Below are positions 1 to 13,612 of a stretch of 64,000 nucleotides of DNA, in pieces. The notes beneath the pieces were generated by a model. It saw nothing but the letters and a program-made list of their open reading frames with translations. It did no database searches and was not told the origin of the DNA. The translations under genes and the position numbers were made by a program. The number at the start of each line of letters is the position of its first letter. The first letter of the stretch is position 1. The stretch is from Geosiphon pyriformis uo1 (taxonomy: Eukaryota; Fungi; Glomeromycota): contig JAAOMT010000039.1 in assembly GCA_016748015.1 (NCBI GenBank), positions 144,293 to 208,292 on the forward strand, in the 5' to 3' direction.

Positions 1-445
1 AGATAGTCTTCAAGGTGGCTGATTAGATCTTCCATAATAAGCACATCGGCGGCAACAAGCAATTCTACAATTATAGGTACTTCATATTCGTCAAGCAATA
101 TTTCACCACTATATATGTATCTAGATAAACCAATAAAAAAATATAAATAAAAATATTAGCAAGTATATTTTAAGCAAACTAAACTTACCGAAGTATCACC
201 TCAAACATTTGTGGTGAAATATTAGGCTTAGAGAAGATAATGGTGTTATTTTCTCTTTTAACCCAATTACTAGAGAGTGCTACAGCAAAATAGGAGGATC
301 TTGCTGCTAAAATCGGCGAATGACCATGAAAAGTTTTAGTATTAAGACCATCACCGACGATAATCCTGACATCAGAAAATATTTCATTATTTAATAAGGT
401 CCCGAAGTCACGAAGTAAAGCGTGAAGGAGTTTTTGGGGGGCCAT
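1..445 (-). CDS. BTB/POZ(-BACK-TLD) protein, 5' part (exon1 445-189, intron 188-121, exon2 120-<1); runs off the window
   Basis: FSDVRIIVG...FHGHSPILAARSSYF BTB motif; GTAAG...TCTAG intron; near-identical to the gene at 21401. Confidence 0.9.
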
Positions 446-509
446 GAATCTTCAAAAAGCACAATTCTTGGTCTTTAGAACCTTTTTTGTTTACCTTGGG
501 AAAGATCCG

Positions 510-516
510 TGAGTCA
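510..516. promoter_or_regulatory. TGAGTCA (AP-1/Gcn4-type bZIP site) upstream of BTB paralog 1
   Basis: Lies in a block conserved with the paralog 2 promoter (TGACTCA 21322-21328); function is inference. Confidence 0.3.
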
Positions 517-1036
517 CTAGTAGCGCAGGTTATGGCGTAGTCTTTTATTTGTTATTCTGTAATTGATCATCACAGATAATAACCTATTTATTATTGTGTT
601 AGTTTTATTGAATAATATTTGTGATTTATCAAGGGGAACAAACCAATTTTCATAAATAATGTGTTGCAAAACGTTTTTTTAGTCTGAAATGGTTTAGGGT
701 TAACCAATTTTGAATTAGTTTATTTACTGTCATAACAAAAAATACTCACATTGAGTTTTTAATAGTTTTTTTGAACCCATGTTTTATCAAATTACTTTTA
801 TTTTTTTATAATATTATTATTTTGGTACAAATTTTTGCTTTAGTCATATATAGTTTTTAGGTAGTAAGAATTATTTATAATATTTTATAATTGAAATTTT
901 TTTGTTTTCAATTCAATAAATCTATGATACTTTAAAACTTGATTAAGCTTAATATTTATTTTATTTTTTTATTTCAAGATAATTGCGTTTGAAAGGCCTA
1001 AATGACACCAATAAAAATCAATCTTTTATTATTGCT

Positions 1037-1063
1037 GTTGTTGTTGTTGTTGTTGTTGTTGTT
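1037..1063. repeat. (GTT)n microsatellite
   Basis: Direct reading. Confidence 0.9.
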
Positions 1064-1849
1064 TTGAAAAGAGAATAAATTTAGAGTTAGAGTTTGTAAA
1101 ATTCAAAATTTTTTGAATGTATAATATAATTAGAATTTAATGAAAATCTTATACAATAAAGACTTTTTGGTATTTCAACAGCCGGATAGGAGTAAAACAT
1201 GAAAATAAAACATAAATTTTTTTAATTAAATCTTTAAATTTTGATGTTTAGGAGCTGATGGATTTGCGAGACTAAGGGGTAACGTGTTACCACTGAAATC
1301 AAAATTTAAAGATTATCCTTTTTTAGTTTTTGCTTTATCAATTTATTTTATATAGAGGTTTTGAGTTAATTTGCAATACATACATTTTAGTGATATAGTT
1401 AAAGCAACAGAGTCGATATTTTACTAAAGTGAGTCTAATAGGTAACAGGTGAGGGATAAGTTAAAATTTTCTTTAGATGTGATTTGGTAGTATTAAGGTT
1501 AGGCCATTTATGACAAAGATAAGTAAATAGATAAATTACTATTTTATAATTAAAGCCAAAGAAAATCGATAAATATGTTGTACCTTTAATTACAAATTTT
1601 TCCATATGACATGTGAATGTTGTATAGGTATAGATAATAGTTGAATTACGCTCATGTTAGTAAAAAAAAATTTTGTGACCCAAAACAAAATATCAATCAT
1701 TCTCCAAGGTTTTAGACCAATTTAATTTAGGGTACAAGAAATATATAATTCAAATTTATAACAAGAATTCTGTTTTCAATAAAACTTAAGATCAAGTTTA
1801 AACCCTTTTCATAAAAAAATTTATAAATATATTAAATTAATGATTAGCT

Positions 1850-3665
1850 TTTCATAGCTTTTTTAACAAAATTATACAAAACAAGTGGAATTACAAATAC
1901 CCCTAAAATAATACCTAATATAATGCCTCCTATTAAAATTATGGTGTTAAATGATAAAGATTTAGATGATGTTTGTGAAAATAAAGAATCGGTATCGCTT
2001 TCATTTGAGGTAATTGAAGTTTAATTTTTCAGTTGGTAGAGAACCTGGTCTAATCCAATAGGTTTATATTCTGTTTTCCAAACCATTTTTGTGGTGTCAA
2101 GTAACCAAAAGTGTCTATCGCTTTGCATTTTCGTCTAAATGTGGGTTTAAGATTCTTTAGTTATTAATTTAATTATATTTGTTTAAAACTTGAGATATAC
2201 AATGCTATATTTTGAAATAAATACTTACAGAAAAGCCTAGAGTTTTTTTGAATTGAATGAATAAAATTTCAAAAATTTATAATTTGAAATTATACTTTTA
2301 ATACTTACCAAATGCAATGATCAAATTATTTCCAACCATAGTCATTGTGTGTTCACATCTTCCTGCAGGAATTACTCAAGTAGTGTTTATTTTTTGACCA
2401 AATATATGGTTTTCTATTTACATCTAGTATTAATAAATCAAGTGGGCTTTGATAAAAATGATCACATCCTCCGAAGACAAAAATAGTATTATTTGAAGCT
2501 TAATATAAAATTAAAAAAGATTAAAAAAAATTAATTAGCTAAAACAACCACAATAATTACAGATTCAGAAAGTAAAGGTTAGCTATTTTAATCATTCTTA
2601 ATACTCACTTACAACAGCCTTATTACCTCCTCGAGATTTTGGTATATCTCCTGCTATCTTCTTCAATCCAAAAGTTAAAGTATCAATTATTTATTTTTGA
2701 CAAAAATTTTAAATTTTTTTTTTGATTTGTATTTTAAAATTAAATTTGTACCTCATTTGACCATTCTACTGTAATGGTATTATAAACATAAATCTGGGTC
2801 ATCGGTAAATAATTTTGACTGCCTAATCCGGGAATTAAATACATCTTTCCATCATTTAAAAATGTAGCAGTATGCTTTCTCATTCTAGGGGGAGCATTTT
2901 TCACAACCAAATCATTCCAAGTATTCAATTTTGAATCAAAAACTAAAAGTTCATTTGATAATTCGAATTTAGTGTTTATTCCAGAATTTGAATAAACAGA
3001 GCCACCAAAAAAACAAGTTTTTAAATAGCTAAAGTTAGTGGCCGCCGAGTGTTCAAGTCTTCGAGTTGGGAACGTTTTTGGAGAATACCATGATTGATTT
3101 TTTGTATTAAAAACATTTATCGAATTTTGCGCGGGTGGTACGATCGTTTTTTGATTTCCAACTATAATCATTTCATCAAAATTCTTCACCGCCTATGGTT
3201 ACGGTGTGAGCATAATACGGCGCAATAAAACCGGGATGCATTAGATTTTTCCCAAGGTGGTGAATTGACCGAGAATAGTATTGACATATCAAACATTCAA
3301 ATATTGCTACAGGTTCTGTTATATTTTTCAATTTATTATTCTCTCTTAATTTTCCTCCAAATATATATAATCTTTATTTTATGAATAAAATAATTTTAGA
3401 ATTGGCAAATTTTTAATTGGGTGATAAAATTTTCAAATTATTTTCTTGCTTACTTATTATTTATTAATATGGCTGAGTGATCACTTTTAGAATTTTGAAA
3501 GGAAAATATTAAATAGAGAAAAATAAATTTATTAATGTTTAAATAGATAAATAAATAAAAACCTACATTCTCGGACCAGGTTTTTCTCCAAATACAAATA
3601 TTTCAAAACCAAAATTTCCATATTTTTAAGAAGAAGTAATTAGATAAGAATATTTTTTTATTCAT
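1850..3665 (-). pseudogene. Kelch/galactose-oxidase-repeat protein with C-terminal TM helix, probably a pseudogene
   Basis: Spliced fragments PGPR..DHSAILINNK-LYIFGG, RRLEHSA..FFGG, PPRMRKHTATFLNDGKMY, IFVFGG, TM LIGGIILGIILGVFVIPLV; in-frame stop soon after the ATG and frameshifts near 3290 and 3190. Confidence 0.75.
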
Positions 3666-4467
3666 TATTTTAAAGTTTTTATTTTTATTTTGCAAAGAAA
3701 ATTTTTGTAATATTTATAAACACTTTTTAAGATAGCTAGCATTTATAATTTTTTGTTAAAAAAAGTCTGAAATGTGTATGACATTTTCAGCTCATCTGTG
3801 TTACAGCTTTAAAGAAAAATTAGATAGCGTTATCAAATTTTCGATTACATTTTGGCCATTAATTGTACTTTGAATATTTTACTAAGATAAAGACTATTTG
3901 CTGAATCTAATCTCTGTTATAAAACGTAATGTAATTTTAAGTGCAAAAACTTGATTTTATCTCATTGAACTAAAATATCTTTGTATTATGAGAAGAATTA
4001 AATTTAAACAAGTTTTAAAATTTGAAATTAGCTTAAACATTTTAAATTCAAAGAGATGTTAATAGCAAATAAATTATTTAGGCCTTACTAAAATAAAAAC
4101 AATTTCAAAAACCTTAAATGAATTTTAATTATTTTTTAAAATGGTAATTTTTAATTATTGTCCACCATCAGATCCATTTTTTTGGTTTTGTTTCTTAAAA
4201 ACTTTTTTAAAATATTCTGAATGATTAAATTAATAATATAATTAAAACACTGTACTCGTTGATTTAATGAATTAAATATTATTTGTTTTTCCGCAGATTT
4301 TGGTAAAATAAAAATACATAAGATCATTGTTTAATGGATTATTTGTATTTATTTTAAGCATTATTATTATGTAAAATAATTAATAAAAAATTAATATCTA
4401 CTGTTTTTGTTTTTGAATTTTTTGAATTAATTGTATTCTATTTATAATTTAGTATAAATATATAAAA

Positions 4468-7400
4468 ACTCTTTCTTTTGTTGATCCTCCAATCACAAAG
4501 AGAGAAAAATGAAGCTGAAGAAATATCTTATTCTTTTTTTTCTTTCTTAAGCTATTTTTTTTAATATGTTTTTTTTGTAAAACTATACACAATGGGCATT
4601 CTTGTTACTAGTATAATTGAAGCGAAAGGTGAAAAGAGAATTTACTCTAAGCCAAAATAAAAATTCTTAAGTGTATTTTTGGTAAAACAGACAAGAAAAC
4701 CAGAAAGCTTGGTGTTGAAGCTTCAGTATTGGATTCTTCTACTGGTGGCTTAAACATAAAGGTAGTCGAATCTGGCAAAGCTTTTAAGCCTATGTCTTAG
4801 AGCAGTAAAGAGAACAGTTTTATAGTAGTATTAATAGAGAATCAAATATTAAGACATAAAGACGTGTTATATTAAAAGAACTACTTTTTTAAATAATAAA
4901 AAGATAAAGATTTCTAATACCTCAAATAACATGATATTATAGAACTTATATCAAGTTTTTTCTGTTGAAAATGTCTATTAAATAGCTAAACTTTAATATT
5001 AAAGTTGATAATATTATTTTTGGTCTCTTTCCTTTTTTGCCTAAAAAGAAACCTTTTTTTTAGTAGTTTTAAAAAAGAAAATCGAATTTAATTCAATAAA
5101 ATCTTATGGCTTAAACATTAGTCTGTCTGCAGTAAACAAGAAAAATTCTCAAGAAAAGTTAAAGCATATTAAAATTTTTTTTCACCAAGTAGATAATTTT
5201 AGAAAGATCTCTACTTTTCAAAATTCCAAAAGATTATTCAATTTACATTTACATCCAAATTAAGTCTAAACAAAGCTAAGAAATTGGCTGTAAAAAATAA
5301 CATTATTATTAATATTAATCTAAAACATATAAATATACATAAAAATTAAAAAATAATTATTAAAACAATTGTGAAATTAGTTAGATAATCAAGTTGCAGC
5401 TTATTAATTTGTGGTAAAAAGTTGTAATAAAATTTGCTGATTTTAAAATTGTTAAATTAATAGTTTATTTTGATTAAAAAAAATTTAGTGCATTTAACAA
5501 AAACTAATATTAACAAACAAATATAAATATCAAAAATCAACATTAAGTGTTTCTTTGTATTTTATTAATAAACACAATAACTTATAATTTTTTTAATATT
5601 TTGGCATTATATAATAAGAAAATATGTGTTATAAATTAGAATTTTGTGTTTTATAATTGTGTAAAATATATAATTATTTGTTTTAAAACCAATAAGTCTT
5701 TGATAAATGCTTTTTATATAGTTTGTGTTTTAAAAACATGAATTTGTGTTGAATTAATTTGGTTTTGTCTTTTTATATTAAATATAAACAAAGTGAACAT
5801 ATTATTATAAAATGTGATTTTATTGAGAAATATTCAGGTCAGATTAAGCCTATTAAGTAATAGCTAATGTATTTATATACTAAAAAACAGATTATTATTG
5901 TTTATTCTATTTTTTTTAAAAAATATAGAATTATGACTTGTTGATTTAAAATACAGTCTTATTGGTTCAAAAAACAAATAAATAAGTTGACAAAAAAATT
6001 AATATATATTTATATTAATAATTTTTTAGTTTTATCTTAAATATAAACTATTAATAACATTTTTTAAGCAGAATTAAAAGAGTGATATAATAATAAAAAA
6101 GAATTTAAGTGTGTTTATTAGCAATAAGACTGTTAATATCAAAAGTTTTTTGATTTTTAATATTAATGAAAATAAACAATTTTAATTTATTTTAAAGTTT
6201 AATAAATTACTATTTTAATAATTAACTTAATTTAGAAATTTACTATGTGTAATATATGAGTATAAACAATTTTAATTTATTTTAAAGTTTAATAAATTAT
6301 TATTTTAATAATTAACTTAATTTAGAAATTTACTATGTGTAATATATGAGTATAAACAATTTTCTTAAGCAAAAAACATAATAAAATAAAATAAAAATAT
6401 AAATAATTTAATTTTTATTGTTATTAAAACAAATTTAAAAATTAAATCAGATTTTGAATCATAAACAAATTTAATAAAATAAGAGTTTTTATTTTTGGTT
6501 TGAATTCTGGTTATTTGAATTTTGAATTTATAATTATTTTAAATAATAATTTAACAAAACATATCTGCAAAATTTTTAATGTGTTTAATTAATTTTTATC
6601 TGTTGTTATAAGTAATTGTATAATATAATAATTTATAATATAGTATTGTAAATTGATAATATAATCTGAAGGTTTTGGTATTTGAAGATTTTGGTTGATT
6701 GAATTTTTTATATAATAAACAAAAATTTATTAATAATAAGTAATTTTAAACAAGATAAATAATAATTTATATAATTGAATAGTGAATAATTATAGATAAT
6801 TTTATTAAAAAAAAATTGTTTTAATTGTTGAATTTTTAATTATTAAAGGTATTTAGTAAATATTTAATAAAAAAATTGCTTTTAATGCTTTTGTTATATA
6901 TATATAAATCTTTATAATACAAAATTTCTAAAATTTTTAATAATTTTTACACTTTTTTCAAGTTATTATTGGAATTTTTGAAATCTTTTTTGGTATTTTT
7001 AAAATTTCTGTTATTATGTTATTTACTGATTTTTAATATATAATTGGCTAATTTATGCTATATTTAATCATTAATTGTTTTTTTATATTACTTTATAAGT
7101 AATACTGTTTATTTACTGTTTAAAAATAGGCTTTTAATTGCTATTTTAAGTTTTTATACAGATATTTTTTTTGCAATTTAATTAAATTAAGGTTGTAACA
7201 TTAATATTATAACTATTAAAACAGTAAATAACTGTTTTTTTGTGGTTTTAAATAATAATTTTAACAAAAATAGCACTGAATAAAATGCTAACTTCAAAAA
7301 ATATTTGGATTTAAGCTTGATTAATTTTTTGATAAGAAAATTTATTATTAAAACTCTAACTTAAAAAAAATTTAAGAAAAATAAAAAAAGTTATTAATTA

Positions 7401-8816
7401 TAATTTTATTAATATATTATTTATAAATATTATAATCAAGCAAAAAATGCAAAGTATAAAATTTTTTTTAATACTTATTATAAAGCTATTTTTGTGTCAA
7501 TTAATTTAAATAGTTTTTTAAATATATAATTTATTGCTTTATAAAAACAAGTAAATAAAAACCGTTAAAATATAAAATTAAGAATATAAATAGCTTTAAG
7601 TAGAAACAGTTCAAAGTTTTTTTAAATAAATATAAATAATATAATAAATAAGTTTAAAAAACAAAAAAAATTTGAATAAAAAATAGACTTTTTTTAAAAG
7701 TTATATGTTTATTAATTAATAAAATTTTCTTTAAAGTTTGATTTATAAATTTGAAAAAAAACAGAAATAAAAGTTTTTTAAGTTCTTTAAATTAAAGCTT
7801 TTGGTGTTCAGAATTGCTAAAAAAATAAGATTAAAGTTTAATTATAAATTTAAAAGACTTTTATACATATAATATTTTTTAAAAGAGCAAATATTTTGTT
7901 AATTTAAAATATATAAATATAAATTCTGATATTAATAATATTAGTTTGATTTTGTTTAGTGTATAAAAATTTTATTAAGCTTTTAAGTTTTATAAATTCT
8001 AAATAATTAAAGAATTTAAAATTAAGTTTATTATTTTTAAGTACATAAAAAACTTTATTTGTAATAAAGAATTGTTTTACAATATTTATTTTAAAATATT
8101 GTCCTAAATTATTTAATTATTAAAAATAAGCTATTTTTAGAGCCTAAAAAAGTTAAATTTAAAATAAATAAGATAATAAAAAAATAAACTAAGAAACAAA
8201 TAATATTAAATAAAGTTTTTAATTTATAATACTGTTAGTATATTCTGTTAAATTATGTAAATAATAGGATGTTTTTAAAGTACTAAAAAGAATAAAATAC
8301 AAGTTGTTAAATGTAATCAAAATTTTGTTAAATAATAAGACTGCTAATTTGTTTGTTATTATAAATAAACTATAAAAACATTATAACAAATTTGTTTTAA
8401 GTTTTTTGTTAAATTTATTAAATATATATTTACTAAGTAAGTTAATTTTCAAATTATAAAAAAAGACTTGAAAATTAATAAAAAAAGTTTTAAAAAATAC
8501 TTAACTTATTATTTTAATTAAAACTATTAGAAAAATACTTTTTGATTAGATTTTTACATCTATATAAGAAGTTTTAAGTTTTTTATAGAAATAATTTTTG
8601 TTTTAAAAATACTTTAATTCAATCTTTTATTTAGTAATTAATATATTTTTTAATAATATAATTTAAATTAAAAATACTTAAATTATTATTTTATTTATTT
8701 AAATATTGTTAATAAGTTTTTAAAATTAATAATATTTTAATTAATAATAACAAAACAATAATTATTTTTATTAAACATATGATTAAATATTTTTTTAAAT
8801 ATTAATTAATTAATTA
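4468..8816 (+). mobile_element. Old, heavily C/G-erased LINE, 5' part (ORF1, endonuclease, most of RT)
   Basis: About 5095-5330 reads SIKSYGLNISLSAV...FTSKLSLNKAKKLAVKNNIIININLK, matching ORF1 SIRKLFALDINLSAV...SMEMATSLAKEKGIDINGNLK of the nested element; about 6215-6270 LIINLI*KFTMCNI matches LMSDLIWKIATCNV. Confidence 0.85.
6172..6363. repeat. 90-bp tandem duplication (2.1 units) at the ORF1/ORF2 junction of the old LINE
   Basis: 6172-6261 repeated at 6262-6351 with one C/T difference. Confidence 0.9.
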
Positions 8817-8949
8817 TTTTTTTTTATTTAGCTTTTATGAGTACAGCTCAACTACTACCTAAGTACATAGAATTAACAAGACTTTAAATTAAGTGTGGCT
8901 CATGTGTTGTCAACATGTGACTGGCCACTCAGGCCAACTCAAAGCAATA

Positions 8950-11900
8950 CTATGCACTCAAACCTTCCAGTACAGGAAAGTCATACAGAAAACCAAAATG
9001 CAAGCTTACTAAACTAGAATACAAACCAAAACAAATGTGTACACCCAACCTGACCCAAAATCAAAAACTATTTTACAAGACCACACAGATGCCAGGCCAG
9101 ATATGATTGGAAACACAAAGCTATTTCTTGGCAAGAGACTGTGTTTCTCATAATACACTCTTAATTTGGCAGTCAGTATCTAAATAGAAGATCAATGACC
9201 TTCCACAAACTCACAGACCAGATTAATGACCAACAAACCCCCATCGAATTTAAAGCCTAACAAATGCACTGTGTTAGCCACCCATTTCTTCAACACAAAA
9301 CCCTTAGCCAGGACTATATACAAACTGTCTGACAATTCAACATTATGCAAGGAGTGAGTCACAGCACAATTAACATCACCAATTTCAGGCAAGCTAGTCC
9401 ATGTCTTAATTGTGTCAGAAATCAACTTTTGCTTGACATTAGCATCCCAGGCACATAAAAACATATGGTCAGAATCTTTAACCAAATCACAATAGATACA
9501 CACCATGCTAGGATAACTTGGTTTGTACCATTTTTTCTATACAGCCGTGGGCAGCCTATAATGGAGAGCCTTCATGAAGTAAGATTTCAGCACTGTAGTG
9601 ACAGAGCTGGAGAAGCCAGAGTAGATACCACCATCGGAATGCCAAACTTGAAAGGTTCAGCACATATCAAATTGTTTGACAAGATTCAAATCAACAATGC
9701 CACCCATACATTTGAACTTCCAGCCAACAAAATTAACAGCATCAAATAGACACCATATGAACTGACAAGTGTTTCCAAAAACAGATTGGCCTTCTACAGC
9801 AATAAATTGACATGCTATACTGACTGGCAGCACAAACTTAGATTTAGTGACAGCATCAGCAAAAAAGTCTGCATGTTTGTTACCAACCACTCCAGAGTGG
9901 CCCTTGACTTTATTTCAACAAACCAAAAGTTTCTTAGAAGCAATAGTGATATGAATGTGTTCCTTCTCAATCCAGCATTTATCGCAAAAATTGGGACCAA
10001 CAGAATTAACCAATGAAGCACACATGTCCAAGGAAGCCTGGCTATCTGTGAACAACATAACTGAGCTAGAAGTTGAAATGCATTCCAAAGCAAGAGCAAT
10101 GGCCTGAAGTTCCACCAGAGTCGAAGAAAGCAAACCATATACTCTAATCTCTACACTCAAGTCAACATCCGAGAAGTAAGCAGCAGTATCACCACAAGTG
10201 CCTGCAAAACCCAAACCTTTGACTGACCCATCTGTGTATACACTTACAATACCAGGCCTATTTTCAATAAGACAACCATTAGCAAAACCAAAATTGCATA
10301 AGTGTATGTCTGAAATAAAATAGTAGACCAAAGCACCAATGCTAGCTAGACCACCACTAAAAATGAATAAGACTAAAGAGACAAACCAACCAGGAACCCA
10401 ACCTTTGGGATCCAGTCTTTTCCATTGGCAAAAAGTGCTCCAAGTGAAGCACATGCCATTATGATCCAGAAGCTGATTTGCAAACACAATTCCGAATTTT
10501 CTTAAAGAGGCAATCACACTTAAGTATCACATCACACCCAAAACATTAGCAACAAGAACACCAACACCAGACTGGAAAACATTAAGAATATTATTGACCA
10601 ATGAAGACCCACATGATGCAAACATGTTGGTCATGCTGGCCAGAAAGCAATTGATTGGATTAACAGACAATTTAACCAGAAAACTAAGGGGTTGTTGGGG
10701 CATCCAACTGACAGTCTGTAGGTCCATGACTCTGTACTCAAACAACCTGCTGAGGATGCCACCAGAGTTGGCAAACCCAACCACACTGGCTAATAGATTT
10801 TCGGTCTGCAATTGGCTAAAAGATTTGAGACCATACATCTAAAGATAATATAAAGCCTTATTAGCAAAATTTTTAGGTAAGCTGGCTTTGATTTTCAGCC
10901 CTTTTCTAAGCAGTCTGTCTCATTTTTTACACACATGTGCTGAAACATAGCTAAATTAGATCCTGTAATTAACAATGGGCTGAAGCACAACAGACATCAG
11001 ATACAAAAATTGCTTGTCTAAAATGGTCTTCCTCAATATTAAATTGGTAAAAAACTGAACATCTGAGTGTGCTTTGGCAAGACTGGGTATAAAAAAACCA
11101 TTTGTAGACAAAAAGATGTCCAAGTATCTGTGTGGTTTCTTTTTTTTTGCTATTGAAATGACAGCTCCACTAATAAACAACCAAGGATTCTCTACTTTCA
11201 TGTTGATGGGTATGGCGACTGTTTTATCTGTGTTGATGGAGATGTTATTGACTCCAAAAAACTCACTTGCTATATCTAAAATGTTTTAAATAGCAGTTAT
11301 ACTATTACCAATCCATATTGTGTCATCCACAAAAACTTCAACAGCCAGAAAAGATGTCAAGCCACTTCTAAAATTTTTGAATCCAATCTATACCCAAATA
11401 AATCACCACAATACTTAATTTTGCAAAGCAAAGAATCATAAAAGATTCTCCACAACAAAGGCGAGAAAACTTCTCTTTGATCTAAATCATCATAGACAAC
11501 ATAACTATCTGTGAATCCAAAGTTAGTCATGACTCGATTGAATCTGCCATTGTGTAGGCTACCAAAAAATCTAATAAAACGGAGACACATCTTGATTCTA
11601 GCCAGACTATTATGTAGATGAAACTATCCAACAGAATTATATGCCTTTCACATATTCTGAAGCACCAGTCACAGCTCCTTATTCTTTTCCAAAGCATCTT
11701 TAACAATCAAACCAATAGCAAAAATTGGGATCTGTGTGGATGTACTTTTCAAAACCAAGAAATTGTCACCTTGTAGAACATTAAACTTACTACAAGTCAC
11801 AGAAATCCTGTCAGACAATATCTTAGACAATATCTTCTGAGATGTTTCAACTAAAGCAATTGGTTTGGTGTTTGTGAGAGTCCCCTTCCAATCATACAGT

Positions 11901-13612
11901 TTCGAAATCATAGACACCCATGTGTATTTCCAATGAACAGGCATTGCACCTAACACCAAACACACATTGAAAATATCTAGCAAACCACCCAAAACTTGCA
12001 CATCACCATGTTTCCAAAGCTTGTTAGGAATGCCAGACAAACCAGCAGCCTTACCATCAGGCAAACACTTGACCACTTAAAAAAATTTATCAGACCCTAT
12101 ATTGCACATAACTTTTAAGAAAGCATTATCATCAACATAACTTAGGGGAGCATATTGGGCAGCCCAGCGAGCAGGTAGAACATCAGGGATTGCACGCTTT
12201 TTCGTCCAACTCTCCATGATAGTGTCGACTGTAGATTTAACTTCACTAAACTCCAAAACTAAATCATTGTCAACCACCAAATGATCGAGGACCACCTTAT
12301 AAAAAGGTCATTCCAAAATGCTTTTAATCATATGGTTCTTGTCAGTACAAAAATTTTCCATGCACTTGTTAACCACTTTTCTAATAACAGCATCCCTGGT
12401 ATTCCTGGATTCAAAATACTTGGATCTATAGTATTTTTTTTTAACACTCAACAAATGGCCAAGAATTGCATCATGATCAGCACCATTATTAACCATGGCA
12501 CGAAATATGGAGGCTTCCTCAAAATCAACAACAGATCAGATGTCAACAAAGTGGTTAGCCACTGGATTCCAATACAAGCTCAAATTTTTTACCAGCTTGT
12601 AGATTAATAATTCTAGCTTAAAGAACTTTAAAGAAACCTTATTCCTTGAATACTCAAAATCATTAAACCAGAACTTAGAAAACACTTGATCAGCAGAGCA
12701 AACTACCACCTCCCTAAGAATATTCCATATTTTATCTAAATTACTGTCTTTTTTTGTGATGTCAAAGTCCACAAATCTCAACTGAAATTCACTAGAAAAA
12801 CACTCTCTGAATTGCAATCATTAATCATTACTAGCTGACTTAATTTTGAACTTCTATTTGTCTCTGTTAGTTTGCTTATGCAAGCTGTTCAAATTGACAT
12901 CCACAAAACCATCCAAACCAACTGAAACCGAGACTGCCTTATGATTAGACTCAAAAAAATCTGAAGCAGAACTAACAGCATGTCTGGTGACTGCAAAAGC
13001 CAAACTTGCACTAACAAAAACAAAGTCTATGGTCTTCTCAACCTCTCTAAAATTGCTTCATGTGAAAGCCTTGACCAAAGAAGATCTACTGAGTGAGTTA
13101 ACCAAATCCAAATCTGAACAGAACCTGAAACACATACTTCTTCTTGAACTATTTTTATTGAAATCCCCACCAATAACCAAGAAAGTACTAGAGTTGACAG
13201 CCTTAGCAATAAATGCATTAATCTCCAGAACTTGACTGAATTTAGCTCCAGTTGAAACACTAGCATATAGACTCAAAATTGAAACTAAAAGCTTGCCTTT
13301 GAACAAGAGCTGTACCAGAATAATCCAACCTGGAATTTTCTCAATTTTGCATACATAATGAGCCAGATTATTGTTCATGATTATTGCTACTCCAGCACCA
13401 AGAAAGCCCTTATCCAAGCCCGTCAAAAATATTCTTACTTCATCAAACTTATTGGCTATTTATGGCCTAATATTAGACTTCAACTTTGTTTCCATGATAA
13501 TAGAAACCATATTACCAGATTTTTTATGCCAACGAACAATGTCTTCCTGCTTGGCAGGAATATTGATACCCCGAACATTACAGGTAGCTATCTTCCAGAT
13601 CAAATCACTCAT
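8950..13612 (-). pseudogene. LINE ORF2 (AP endonuclease, reverse transcriptase, RNase H, C-terminal Zn motif), many stops
   Basis: Collinear ORF fragments in the track, 13460-13651 through 9192-9506; 3' end approximate. Confidence 0.9.

Noticed and set aside
6172-6363. Repeat-like array resembling CRISPR
   Set aside because: Simple head-to-tail duplication with no unique spacers; eukaryotic context, no cas genes
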